From Ramazzottius varieornatus (lineage: Eukaryota > Animalia > Tardigrada), in the NCBI GenBank assembly GCA_001949185.1, contig BDGG01000014.1, forward strand, positions 589,378 through 653,377: 64,000 nucleotides of DNA, written 5' to 3'. The notes beneath the pieces are model-generated. The model was not told the DNA's origin, searched no databases, and saw only the letters and a program-made list of their open reading frames with translations. The translations under genes were made by a program, and so were the position numbers. This document shows positions 13,601 through 27,500 of the stretch, piece after piece; the stretch's first letter is position 1, and each line of letters begins with the position of its first letter.

Positions 13601-16162
13601 CAGAGAATGATCTGTTTTCGCTTTCAAGATAGGCTACTGGAGGGCTGCTTATCTTGAAAGCGAAACTTCGTAATCCACTTTCAAGATCAACACAATCAAC
13701 GGCGTTTTATGGCCTGTCGTGAGGAGGACTAATAATGTAAAGAGTCAGTACTTTCGAACTGGAATCAGTATAAAAATCGGTTTCCCAGGTCAGTTTTTTG
13801 CGGCTTTTGTCCCGACTACTGCAGATTTTGTTACGCTCAATCGCCCCTATTACACATCTGCTGCAAGTTTTCACTTTGTTTATTCTTGCCTTGCTGCAAA
13901 TTTTCATGTGGCATTATGTTCATCTACGTGGTAAACGACATAATGATAAAATTATTGTTCACGATAATTGTGTTTAATGGTCAGGTGATGGACTAGTTCC
14001 CATAGTAATTCTCGATCGCAGACGGACTTCGATGTGCCGAAGAATTCCCTGTGTCGCTTTATCGCTTTGTGAAACGTCTTGACCACCATCCCACCCTGCA
14101 CGCTAATTAGCCGCGAAAGTTCAATAAAGGGGGCCTCTGAGCTTGCTAACGGGACCGGCGCAGCTCAGAGTTTCTCCACCAACTTTACGACAGCTGCGTC
14201 GACGACGCCCATCGATGCGATCAGATGGCCCCACAGGCCAAACTTTGCCTCGTGTTCGTTTTGCTTCCATCATGTTAGAACATTAATTCGGGCATAGGGG
14301 TTTTTCACTCGTAATTCGGGCAAATTTTGTTCTCAGCTCCTGCTGCGCGTAATGAACCGCTTCGTGTTTCCTAAGGTGAACTGATCCCTCTCCTCGAGTT
14401 TTCAATAGGTTTGAGAACGGGAAAGCGTTGTAGATTACAGGAATTTGGCCTGAATAGAGATGGGTCTGTCCAATGTTAAAAAGCCTAATGTTGTATCAAC
14501 ACACGTACGATGAGGGATGAATCAAGCGCTGAAGGTAATGTTCAAACCTTTCGGTTGGCACGAATTATGGTGCGAAAATCGATATGCCACTTCTCTACGT
14601 TCTCTACAGTGCACACTTCTCTACGTTCTCAATCATCCGCTAATGTTGAGGACTGGGCAATCGTTTCGTTCCTTGCAGTGGATACAAGGACAAAACCGAT
14701 TATAAAACCGACTTCAACGCGGACTGGGATCATCAGAACGGCTATCATGCACATTGTAGCGGGCGGCGCCAGAGATACGACGGATACAACGTCGCCGATT
14801 ATATCGGGAGCATCGGGAACAACCAATGCTGGCTCGAATATAATCGGCGATGTGAAGGTCGTGAAGGTCGACCACAACGAGACAGCACGGCACTATATGC
14901 AGAAGCATCCACGCACGGTGACTCGAGACGACGAGCCCAATGAGTAGCTTCGCCACTCTTAAGTTTAGTTGTCCAACCACCGTTACGCAGTTATTCTCAG
15001 TTTTCATCCTCAAGCGTGACCGTTAATCTATTGTGGAATGAGCGTGACTAGCCTATTTGAACGACATACGAGCCAGCAACGGCTTCCTATAGCCATATCG
15101 TACTTGTCACAAACAGTTCTTGTTCGTTCTTGTCTCCAGTTTGGGGCCAGCGGTGAGACACCAACTGGTCACGTCTACATCGAGCTGGGTTGACAGAAAG
15201 CCATTAACCGCATTTTCTCGGTTAATCCCAAGGGTGGGCCTTGGGTCGGGGTGGAGGCTCTCAGACTGTGCCTTCTACCCCCCCCCCCCCCATTGATGAC
15301 GTCATTAGCAAATCTCTGTTGGAAACGACCCCAAAGATTGCGAAAGTCGATACTTTTGGTTTCTCTGCGCCTCCAGTGTAATGTCGGTCACGACTCCTCT
15401 TGAAAAGATTTCCGGTCGGTAATTTTTTACGAGGTTGCAAACAGGACGTCAGACCAGAAATAACTAGTTTGAAAGTTCAGCAATGATCCAGTCGAAAAAG
15501 CCATGGTATCATGGGTGGTAGCAAATTGGTGCGAGCGCCCTGTAGTATGGTTGTAGCAAGAAAAAAACTGCTGTTGCAACTAAGCACACGACTTGGCTAT
15601 TGTATGACAATCGCAATTGGCTACGGTTAAAAATAGGAAAGCTCCGAAATGCCATAAATTAGGTAAGGTGATTCTTCCGTTCGTCATGTTGCGGTAGGAA
15701 GCCTGTACGTGAAGATGAAAGTATGATAGGACACTGGTTGAGTACGGTAACACAATGGACGAATATGTGCGAGATTCAGCCTGAATACAACAATCGAACC
15801 ATCACGTGTCGCAAGACCGTACGATTAGCAAGGACGAATCCAACTGTAATACAGTTGCGTCTTCTTGTAGAGTGTCCGAGCATGCTACGACACGCGATGA
15901 ACATCAACTAAAAGCAAGTATGTACGTCTGTCTGGAGAGTGATGTACAGTAAATTAATCTCACCAATTGAAACTGAAAGAGGACATCTAATTCAGAATCG
16001 CTTCGTTAACAGTGCTGTTCGAGCATGTCAGCTATGTTGGTGCCCATGATAGGGCGATCGGCGAAGCTGTGCCGTAACAGCGCAAGTACGGAACAAAATC
16101 GACGGTTGGCTTCCTCGACGACCACTTCATACGCTGGAAGGTACTACTTTCCGCAACCTACA

Positions 16163-16217
16163 TACTGTACATGTACATGTACTGTACATGTACATGTACT
16201 GTACATGTACATGTACA
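16163..16217. repeat. 17-bp minisatellite (TACTGTACATGTACATG)x3
   Basis: Read directly; built from palindromic TGTACA/CATG words. Confidence 0.85.
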
Positions 16218-16588
16218 GCGAATCGTCACCGGTAACGTTTATGGGGCACCGATGTCGTGTTAGCAACCTGGGCTATGGCCATACTTCGCCCGGGGCGTTT
16301 CGGACACTAAAGATCTTGGACTGTGAAACGAAAACGGTGCTGTTGAAAAAGAGAAACGATCACAGGTTGGCGAACAGCGTATGACAGGGCTCCCCCAACA
16401 CTGAAAAAGTCTCGTAATACGTGGCCTGGGATGTGTCAAATTATGTAATCTGTACTGTGCGATGTCTGGAAACCATGTTATGAGTTGGACATGGCCAGAA
16501 ATTGGACAAAAATTCAATAGGTATAACGGACAGAACGCCAAATTATGCCAACTGTAGAACAGCCACTCGATCCAGCATTCCGGAGGAG

Positions 16589-19500
16589 TTAGACTTTGAA
16601 AATCTTCTCATGCGTCAACTGGGGCGAAATCCTGTCCTTTCTGGAGGCTGCGATACTCCCTGTCGTGTCCAAAGTATCCGTCGACCAACCCCTGGGAAGC
16701 CCGAGCCGCTTCCTTGGGGGAGGTGTTTCCACACCACGAGCCAAATCTTTGTCCGAGTTTTCGGCTTCAAGTGCTTCCTTGGACGCTGTAAAAACTAAAA
16801 CACTCAGAAGGAAGTCAGATGGTCAAAAGCTGCTGTTTCTTTACTTGATCGAGGAAAGATTTCATGAACGATTGTCTGGAAGCCATTTGGCAAGGTGTAG
16901 ACGTGTATGATCAGGACCGTCACGCCTTGCGTGGCGTTAAGGAGGACGAAAAGGTAGGCAAAGATTTCCTTGGTGACATCGTCGGTGCAAGAGAAGAGGA
17001 CAAAGTAGCCGACGAGCCAGGTCACAGCCAGGAAGCCACAAGTGGCCGTCACGTTCAGTAAGCTATTCATGTTGGCGCGCTTCGCATCTTGCAGCACTTT
17101 CTTGCTTAGCGATCGTTGCTCTGAAATGAACAACAACAGATTTTTCAGAGCCAGAATTACGGTTTTTGTTGCGGACGTCTTGATTACCTGTGAAGAAGTA
17201 CAATAAGACGACAATGTTCAAGAGCGCCGCTAACGTGAGAGGAACCACGAAAAACAGTGCAATCATGACCGTATGATGAGGATCCATCCAACACCTACCC
17301 AGGTATAAGGACAACAGGTAATACTGTAGGTCATTCACCGACACGGCTTCTCTTACCACATCTTTTTGTGTAGGTAAACGGGTCCGCCGAAAACCGAGCT
17401 GTCTATCTCGATCAGCGCGCAAAACGCCGCTACAGCTAGCGGGATAACTAAAAGCGCAAATTCTGGTTATCAACGTTTGATGAACTTTTTTTCGTATGCG
17501 TCAATCCGCACTTACACCACACGGAAAAGCCAGTCCACCTTCTTGTCCATCTGCTAGCAGCAATGCTGGGGGAGTTTTTGATTTCGTGGACCGCGCTGAA
17601 GACGTCACGGGTGATGCGGTAGATGCGGTAGTGTTCGACAATCATCCATCCGGAAGCTGCTAGTATCAGCCAGTGGCTAAGGACAGCGAAGGCAAAACAT
17701 GCATTCTCACTTCCTGTGTCGGGCATGTACTCCGTTATAAGGAAGGCTATATTGGACACCAGCAAACTGCTGTAAATGTTCATGCGTGTGAAATTACGCG
17801 TACTCCATGCTATAAGTCCCTTAGCGAGCCGCCACCTATAAGAGAGCGGATCTCATAGTCACGTATTGGCTGCAGAAAAAAAGACACGTTACTGCAGAAG
17901 CGTTCTTGTATCTCACGACATGTGGATGAGGACGATAGAAAGGCCGACGACGGAGGCCGAAAGCCCTATTGTGGTGACTATTCGAGGTTCTCGGGCTCGT
18001 TCCGAGAACCCGCGAAGGTTCTCCGATTTGGTCAAGCTGCTGCACATGTCGAAGACCATGGTGAATGGTGTAGCGTGGTCGCAAATCCATGTTTGAATTG
18101 ATGACGACCTGTTCCGTATTAGGTGGCAACCTTTACTACTCCAGTACCCACTAGTGGCGCCGCTCAAAGTACTGTGCTTCAGATAGACACAGTAGAATTC
18201 CTTACTACCAAACTTCCGAATGCATTCCTGTTCCTGCAGTTCTGAAACATGATTATAGCGAAATTCATGGCATGGAACAATGAAGTACCTTGAATAGGAC
18301 GAAAGGGTCGCCCATCATGGTGATGAGACCTTTTATCCCTCGTAACGGTCGATGAAAGCCGGTCATAAGGATAATCGGCGCGGCTTTTCGAGCTTTCCTC
18401 TGGGCCATGCTCGGGCTGTAGGCAATATCAGCAAAATGGAAAGCCTTTACCGATGTCAGTTGCAACGAGAAAATCCGTGCTGTTGGATCCGCCATTTCCT
18501 CTGCATGGGAACAAACGGTCAGTCAGTACCAGATTGAACTCGATACAACGGGAAACTTTCGTCTTACGTATGTGATGAAATTCTTTCTCCAGTTCATTGG
18601 CGCTGACTCGCAGCAGAAGAATACCAGGAGATATGCCAACACCATCTTGTCTGTCCGCATAATAAAAATCCGGAAAAACTTGATGGTCCTTTATATGTCT
18701 AACATCAACGGTATTACTTATTCTAAGATTCTCCACTGTGTCATTTGCTGTGAGAACTTTCTTGGAGATCTTGACAGCGACGGACGTCCTGTTGAAAAGA
18801 TACGGCTCCACTCGTTCTTCAGTGGGAACAATGAGGTTGGCAAGGTTATCAAGCGCCGCATAAATCTTTATCGCCACTTCCGTGGAGGGCATGGACGACG
18901 CATCGATATTGTTCAAGTGCCCATAATGGTCCCACTCAATTAGCATGTCAACGATAGCTAAAACTTGCGAGACCGTCGTGACTCCATTGTCGGTTTCTAC
19001 GTCACTCCCGGTAGCATTAAACTGACAAATGTGCTCGATTAACTGCGCCACAATAATGACGTTCTCGAAATCTATGGATGGTTCAGTGTTCAGAGAGCCG
19101 TTCAACTTTTCCATGGACTGGAGTATGACTTGCGGTGCCTCTTCCAGCCATTCGACTGTTTGATTATAAGCTTGCAGCAAGTCCACTAGTGGGCGGCTCA
19201 GACCTGTCGAAAGTTAAAAGGCACTGTTAGCTTAAGCGTGATCAAGTTGTAGCAAAGCGTCGGTGTGGTTTTAGCATTAATGTCACGTGTAGCTACCCTG
19301 TTCGTTCAGGTGCGGTGTTGAGCTATCCACCGTGCTGGTTGATGTGTGTGGTGAGGCTTCCGGCAGACAAGTGGTCGAGGTACTGTTGGTTACACCCGGT
19401 GTGAAGTTGGTGGGATCAGTGATGGGCGAAAGTGTCGTGGATGTCTTGGTTGCCGTCCGTGTACTCGATGATCGGTCTGCTGCTCTAGTAGTTTCCGGGA

Positions 19501-21378
19501 TGGCTGTAGAGGTCGACGATCGGGGTACGCAAGATGCGTAGGAGACCGCTTCACAGTCGGCTACGAGGTGAAGAATACATGACATTGTAAGGAATACTTG
19601 AATGAACTCAATGAAGCAAATGTAAGAACGGAGGACGGTAGAGAAACGGAATGTTTCTACTCACCGACGGTCGTATGGACATTTTTCAGATGGATCTTGC
19701 CGCCCTCGTGACACTGTTCATGGTGCGCCTGGAACTGCAGATAGAACGGCTTTCGACCAGCGAAATAGACCGTGTCTTGGTGGAAATAGTTATACAGTCC
19801 CTGCTGGCTTGACCATACGCTCCCTATCTCATCACGTTGATCGTCTTCTCCGTGTTCATTTAGCTCCACCTTGTGGATTCGCAAGAGATCGACGTAGGGC
19901 GAACCGAAATAACGAGAAAAAGAAAAGTCGAACGTTAAGCGATAGCATTCGCAGTGCATGGACGTCTTGTTATAAAGTCCTGTTCTAAGCCACGCATCGT
20001 ACGGTTGACCTGTCAGAGTTGAGTTGACGGCTGTGCAGTTAGACACGACCGTATCTGACTGGTTAACGTTCGAGCCGGTGATCCAGCTGGAGGCCACAAA
20101 CTGGTACAAGGAGTTGGAAGGAGTAGACCAAGCCTGCCCGTCACTGCCACATTTGGGAAGTCGGCGGTATTGTCGCTCATCGTCAGCCTCGTATACTCCA
20201 AGGCTTCGGTTGAAGGTGCAGGACAGGGCTAACGGATCCTCCAGCTCGATGTAAAGCGAAGGACTTTCGTTGAAGATGTGCATACAATAGCCGGTGGAGA
20301 AGCACAAATTCGGGAATTCCGGCCGTAAGGTCGTTGTATCGAAAGGTAAGTTGCCCGCCTCACTGGAAGGTGAAGAGGCCCAAAGCGGATGTGTGGAAGA
20401 AGTTAAGATACGAGATAGTGTGCTCGGTGAAGTCGAAGTAGGGTAAGCGGTTCGTTGCGTGGTTAACCTTGTTCGAGTAGTCTGGATAGTGGTGCTGGAT
20501 TTCGGTCTTGGAGTGGTGATGGGTGAATAGCAATAGGGATAAACGGTTGGATTGCACCGAGCTAACATGTAAAAATCCTACATGCAGCTTCAAGTGAGTA
20601 CACTTGTGAGGAAAACCTCTGGAGAAATGGCCTGTTTGAGCATGTTTGACTTACCGACTGTTGTTGTTACTGCCGTCAAATGTATGGAACTTCCGTCGCA
20701 CTTTTGGTGTTTCGCTTCAAAGTATATGTAGAATGAATTGCGACGAGCAAAGAACGAAGTGATTTCGCGTTGAAGACCACCGCTATCAACAGCATTCATC
20801 GTATACTTCCACAGAAGAACTCTATCCTCTTCTTGGCCGTTGTCGTTGACGTTAGCAAAGTAGACTTCCAGCTGATCCCATGGCTGAGAGTTGCCGCTAA
20901 AGAGAAAGCTTACAGTCAAGCGAAAGCAACTGCAACCGTCGCTGGAACCATTGAACAGTCCCGTCCGGAGCCACGCGTGGTAATTCTGGCCGGAACTGTC
21001 GCGGTTGACCGCTGTGCAGTTCGACGCCACCGTGTCCATATAACGAGTTGCCTTGCTCCATTGTGAAGCGACAAACTGGTAAGAGGTGTGGCTGGGGGTT
21101 GTCCATTCTTTGCCATTTCCCCCACATTTGGGAAGACGACGATAGGCTGGTGGGTCAGTGATGTCGTAGACTCCCAAGCTTCTGCTGAAAGAGCAGGATA
21201 ATGCCGAGGTTTTGTCCGTCTTCTGGTACCTCGACGGATCGCTGTAATAGTCATTCTGGCAGACTGTTCTCAGTACACATTCACTAACGTCTCTCGCCTG
21301 GCCAGCCTTGACAGTATACAACCAGATTGAGCACAACTTTAGCACCAGAGCAAGGAGACGAGACCGGGCAGGTACCAT
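16589..21378 (-). CDS. Adhesion GPCR (signal peptide, two tandem Cys-containing beta-rich domains, Thr/Ser mucin stalks, GAIN/GPS, family-B-like 7TM); multi-exon
   Basis: GPS motif GYWSSKGC...WICDHATPFTMV; TM1 IVTTIGLSASVVGL; HMNIYSSLL; C..FAVLSHWLILAA..WMIVE; CWM in ECL2; TM7 YLFVLLNATQG. Confidence 0.88.
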
Positions 21379-24300
21379 TACGCTGTTCACGAAACGAAAG
21401 ACTCAAAGTCAAAGCACCAAGACGAAAGTGTGTCGAATTACATCTCATCCTACTGTAATGGAAGAAATACAGAAACGCCTGTACGGAGCAGCGTTCTATT
21501 GCCGTTTCCGGCTGTATCAGCAAAGGAAGGTTGTTTTGAATAATCGCTGCTTATCGTATACGGATAAACAAGTCTGATTGGGAAGGCTGTGTTGCCTTCG
21601 ACTCAATCTTAGAAAGCGTGTTGCTTTATTGTATGCCACTTGTAAGACAGATATGTCACATGGCTCAAAGGTTAGAGTGGTACATCTTCAGTTGTAGCTT
21701 ATCGCGTAAAATTATAATGCAACTTAGTGTCATTCTACCCTCGGCTTTGGTGCAATCTTAAAGCTTAGGAGATACAAAATTTCAAAAAAATGTTAGCTTG
21801 TACATGTGCGGATAAAACTGTTCGGTAAACTGAGTACACGTTTGGTTTGGGTTTTTTGTCTGTGTGCCCGAAGCCAGAATCCCACTGGACGAAATAGTGG
21901 GAGCATATTCGGACGACTATAGCATTTAGTGCTCATAGAATGACGGAATCTGCAACCGCAATTTCTATTAATATTTGCGTGCCTGTATGGGCTGAAACCT
22001 GATTGAGCCATCTCTTTATACCATTCCAAGACACGACGAGATGACGAATCAACACTTGTACACCGTGCGTGGCGTTCAGAAGAACTAAATCTTGGTTGGA
22101 TCGGCTATGCAGGTGAATAGGCAGTGATCTAGCTGAAAGCCAGTAGCCCAGGCGTCGTATTGACCGAGAGAAAACTGGTCAACCGGGCACCTTCCATGTT
22201 CCACAGTACTGCTTTTCTATGTCTCCGCAGCGCTGAAAAGCAAAACACCGGCTATTTACTTCTTCTTCCTAGAAATTTGCTTTGTAGGAATCAAACTTTT
22301 TCCCTAACAGCGGTCCGACTTAACTTCCAAATCAGTCGCTATACATGCCTCTCTCATCCCGTGCTGGAGTCAAACTCGAACGTACAAGGGGGTAGAAAGT
22401 AGAAACTACATAACTTCTTTGAGAACGTGAAGCACTTAGAAAGCCTCCCTTCATACTGCATATTGTGCGAAATTTTTTGAGCCAATGAATCTTCCGCCTA
22501 GGCTCTAACTCTACCGTATAACCCATGAGTTGCTCTGACCTCATGCAAAACACTGCACAGTTTGAACGACGACAGAATTTCTTTGAACAGCTCTGAACTC
22601 ATTGAACCCCCTACGTGGTTGTGCAAGATGTCCGTTAAGGATTCCCGTCCTGCAATGAGCAATGCCACCGGTGGGACGGTCGCCCTGTGTGCGCTCGCTG
22701 GTCGAGCGCGGTCCTAGCCTCCTGGTTCTGTCGATCAGTGGGTTTCAGGCATGCGCTAGATGCCGTCTGCCGTGCGAAGCCCGTCCCATGATCCCAGGAG
22801 AGGTGCATCCCTATCCCAAAACAGCTGATCCCAATTAAACTTTCGGACCACCGGCACAAAAGCCCTGGTGCAACCTACAGTTCAAGCACCCAGTTCCAAG
22901 GGTACACCTCCTACTGACGGCATTCATGGTTTCGGGTACAGATAGGATTCGCGCAAATCAAAGTCGCGTACGTGCGTGTTTTCCTACCGCCGTAGCGAAA
23001 AGGCCTGTCCCATAATTTCTTACTGTCTCATGATCCCCCATCGTGTGTGTACTGCTCAAGCCATCTCGATGCGCGAGTTCACGAGGTCAGCGAGTTGCCG
23101 TAAAGTGGCGCAGAAGCCGGGCCTGAAAGCCGATGGGGTGCGCGACTCGAGCAGGGCACGCATTGAGTGTTACTTGCTGCATGGGTTACGGCTCATGTTA
23201 ATGATTCAACGTGTGCACGGGCAGTTCACCGGCTCAGATTATTATCAGCGCATGCACTACTCCGCCCGGTTAAATTTGCCGTGTCTTTTGTGCGCATCTT
23301 TTTTCCGCAGCTATTACACCTGGCGGTTCGTGACTCTTTTAATGGGGGATCGCTTTCAGTTAAACATGAAGACAATTTTCCCTGTGTTACTGCTGGTTTT
23401 GCAGTGGACCCACCTCAACTGAATATTAGATTTCCTTGTAACCGTGATCACGTTACCTGGTGACGTTTCGGTTTTGTACAAGACAAATCAGAGATGGCTT
23501 CTGAAATGCTCAAAGTCTTGGAGAAGGCTATGGACTACCAGGTAATTCTTGTAATCACAGCACAAGTACAAAAGCACCGCTGATGATGTGCCGCCAAGCA
23601 GCTTTATCGTCCTTATGCATAGTCAACAGCCTCACGCCCGCCATCTCTCAAGTGAGCACGAGCCACAGCCAACAAGGCTGATTAGCTTCCGCTCTCTCGT
23701 CAACATCCAGAGCATAGTAACCAGCACAGTAAAATCCATTTTTCCATTCTGCGTCCTCCATTCAAACTTAACATCCCTGTGTGTGTGTGTATGTAGGTAG
23801 ACCGATCTGGACAGGAGCTACCGTACTTACCTTGTGATCGATTAGGCTGGGTTGCATCGCTTGCCATTGTTAAATCGATGTGTGAAAGCATGTAGCCGCT
23901 ACAATAATCGATAGTCGTACCTGTACTTTCCCCTTTTGATCATATCCCGAACATCACTGTGTACTTTGCCTGCGCGGAAACCAAACGAGGGAAGAAAATA
24001 TCGACTGGATCGGAGAATGTTGCGGCGCTTTTACCTGCGCTGGACCGTGTTGTTGTGATCCAGCGGTAATATTCCATCACCTCGTCGCCCTCAACGACAT
24101 CAACCCACACCCATCAGTGCCATCCGGCGCATCAGCTCCATTTTCCATGCTATTTTCCACCAGCAGCTTTTGCCTAATTTTATTGTCTTGAGACTCACTG
24201 TAAGGTTGTACAACCTACTGGATTTCCCACTCCTGCGGAGAGTGTGGTTTCAAAGGTAAAGTAGTGAGCCTCGTTAAAATCTCGTCATATTTTCATACTT

Positions 24301-24557
24301 TGATGCACAAGATCACCCAATGTGAAGCGTGGTACTAAGGAGGAAGTTCGGGAGAGAACATGCTGATGATATTCCGCTGAAGTTGGATGGTTTTTTCTCT
24401 TGCTCTGGCTGGCTAACCCACTACCTCCGAGCGATTCTGGTACATACAATGGAAACTGGCCGTTCATCGCACCGTTGTTGCTTCAAAGCAGAGAAGCTAC
24501 GTTGACTGTTTGTGAAGTTTGCGCGGACGTGTTGAATTTTTCCCCATGCGTACAAAG

Positions 24558-27500
24558 ATGGCGGAGAGCCATTTTCGTGTCGACGCACAGCCAAACCAGC
24601 AACAGAAACAGCTGAACGGATACAGCGAAGTTGGTTCTGGGAATGCTGACGGCAATAGTGACGAACTGGAGCGACATATTCTGAAACGTTTTGAAATTCA
24701 AGATCGACTGGGGAAAGGCGTGAGTATGGCCAGAGTGGAAATTGATGATTACTGTACATATCCAATCTCCGGGTTATCGGCCTGTAGGCATACGGTATCG
24801 TCTGGAAGGCGCTGGATCGCAAAGAACAGCGAGTAGTCGCGCTGAAGAAAATCTTTGACGCTTTCGCCAATGGACAAGACGCGCAACGGACTTTTCGCGA
24901 AGTGTGCTTTCTGACATCTTTCTCCGTCCATCCCAACATTGTCAAGCTGACCGACATCATTCGGGCGGAAAACCTCAACGACCTTTACTTGGTCTTTGAG
25001 TACCTCCGTAAGTTACCAACCCGGTTGTTATCATCAACTTCCTCTTATTTGTTTATGGTGGACTTCGTTCTTTTAGCTACCGATCTTCATGCGCTCATCA
25101 AAGCCAAAAACGGTCTTCAAGATGTGCATATTCGCTATATAATGGCTCAGCTATTCCGCACGGTCTATTTTATTCACTCCGCCAACGTCATTCATCGAGA
25201 CCTTAAGGTAAAGGATCGAAAGATAGTCTGACGATAAAACCACACCCAGCCTACTATGAAAGTAGTAATCACCCCATGAGCAATGAAATATCTTCTCCGT
25301 TAGTCGGAAATTGCCCTCAATGTCATCCGTTTTTACCTGATGAGATATTTGGGAGCTCGGCGAACAAACTCGACCAGATCGATATCCCAAGCGGCGCACC
25401 TTTACGGTGATAATGCCTAAAGCGTGCGCCACTTAGCGGAATAATCCGTTCATGCAGTCACCCGGTCCGCAATTGAGACGCGATCATTCTGGATGGTCGA
25501 ATGGGAGCGCCGACGAATCTTGACGACTTCCTTCATTGATCGTTGGACATTACGGCTACTCCAAATCACCTGTTTAATTTCTATTTTCAGCCTGCCAACA
25601 TCCTCCTAACTCATCCATGTGAGATACGCGTGGCAGATTTCGGTTTGGCACGCTCGCTATCAGATCCCGGAGATGACTTCCAGAACGGCAACCTCACTAA
25701 TTATGTGGCCACAAGGTGGTATCGATCGCCAGAAATCCTGCTCGGCTCCAAACGGTGAGCACACAGGCCTCCGTTTACTTTAAACTCTCTGTTATTGATG
25801 CGAACCTTCGAGTATTCCATTGACTGTTTAAATGACGAGACATAATCCTCAGTAATTGTACTGAAAAACGATGTGCACTTGACAGCTCGTCCTCTTAATC
25901 ACGGCGCCGCGCACTCCTCTTTTTGTCATGCGCCTCAGTTGTGTTAAGTCTTTTTCCATGTCAGGAAACTCACGACTAGACTCCCCGCTTGAATTATACG
26001 TGATTGAGTTGAAAAGGCGCTGAAATTGCCGAGGCATTACGGCACACAATTTCGAAAGCTTTCAAGCTTAGAATTCCGTACACAATTAGGTCAAATTAAT
26101 CCGCCAGAGATTTTTCTATGAATCCGAAAAGGTGAAGGTCTGTCTGCTGCAGGTACACAAAGGGAGTGGATATCTGGAGCTTGGGGACCATCCTGGCTGA
26201 AATGCTGCGAGGCCGACCTCTCTTCACCGGCGAGAACACCATCGAGCAGATCAACTTCATTCGTGGAGCGATGAGCGAACCAACAACAGACGGTAGGCAG
26301 AATCGGGAAATTTAGATTCAGTGGGAAATTTTGGTTCAGTGGGAAATTTTTTCCGAAAAAATCTGTAAGCTTTCTCCAACGTAGCATCTACTTGCAGTGT
26401 TTGTCAGATTTCGATTTTACACGAGTACTGCCATCACACTTTCCGAGAAGAAGCCACCTTCATGTTGTGCGCTTTTCTACAGCCAATTTCATCTTTACAG
26501 ATTTACACTACTGTGATACGAGCTTGGTGCGCTCAGTCTTCAACTATCCTCCCCATCGAGAGTAAGTCTAAGTCCAAGCGGCCATCAATGCATTCAGTAC
26601 ACAAATCCAAATGTTGCTGGCGGTTTATTGAATAAACGAAGGTAAAATACCTCGACAAGAGGGTGATTGACCAAGTTGTTTCTGCACTGATTGTAGTTTC
26701 CGACGTCCGTTGGAGTCGTACATGCGGAGTAGTGGAGCTGCCCCTGAAGCTGTGGACCTCATTCGGCGCTTACTTCACTGGGATCCCGATAAGCGCATCG
26801 ATCTGATGAAAGCCATGCGCCACCCCTATGTCAACGCGTAAGTACCCCTGCCTGACATACTTCTCACTTCCTGACCTCAAAATAACCTTTCATGTTAAGA
26901 AGCCGCTTTCCGGAAGTGCGTCGATCGCTGTTGTGTGCTGCTGAACGTCCACCACCCAGTGTTTTGCTCCTTACAGATATTATGACCCGCATAACGTCTA
27001 CATCAGTGACATCGCTGTCACGCCATTCATCTCCGATGACAAACACTTTGAGGATCCGAGCGTGTATCGCGAAGCCTTGTACGAAGTACGTCATAAGTTA
27101 AACTTTAGCTTGTGCAAAAATGAAAAGCCTCAAGTCGAAAGCCGCAGACGAAACGCAACGTGTGTACGAGATCATTCTCCAAGTGACGCACACTTCCTGT
27201 TGATAGCCATGAAGACCTATTCCACTTGAAAAAATGATTCTGTAAATATCGTTTGTCGGCCTGATGAATCCCAAAGATATTTATTGGCCGAAACCCACAA
27301 AAGTAAGTGGGCATATAAAAATTTCGGACTACATCGTCGTTTTGTCCATCCTGACCTGGAATGCCGCGAAACTTGAAGGATTCATTGTTCTGATCCCACC
27401 ACATTTCGCGCAATTTCCTACGATGTTTCAAGACACGATGTATCTTTGCAGATTTTACACGTGCAAGAACTGAACAAGTCCACCACCGAGCTCAACAGCG

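Noticed and set aside
15278-15291. Poly-C run (another at ~37428-37441)
   Set aside because: Simple homopolymer with no supporting structure.
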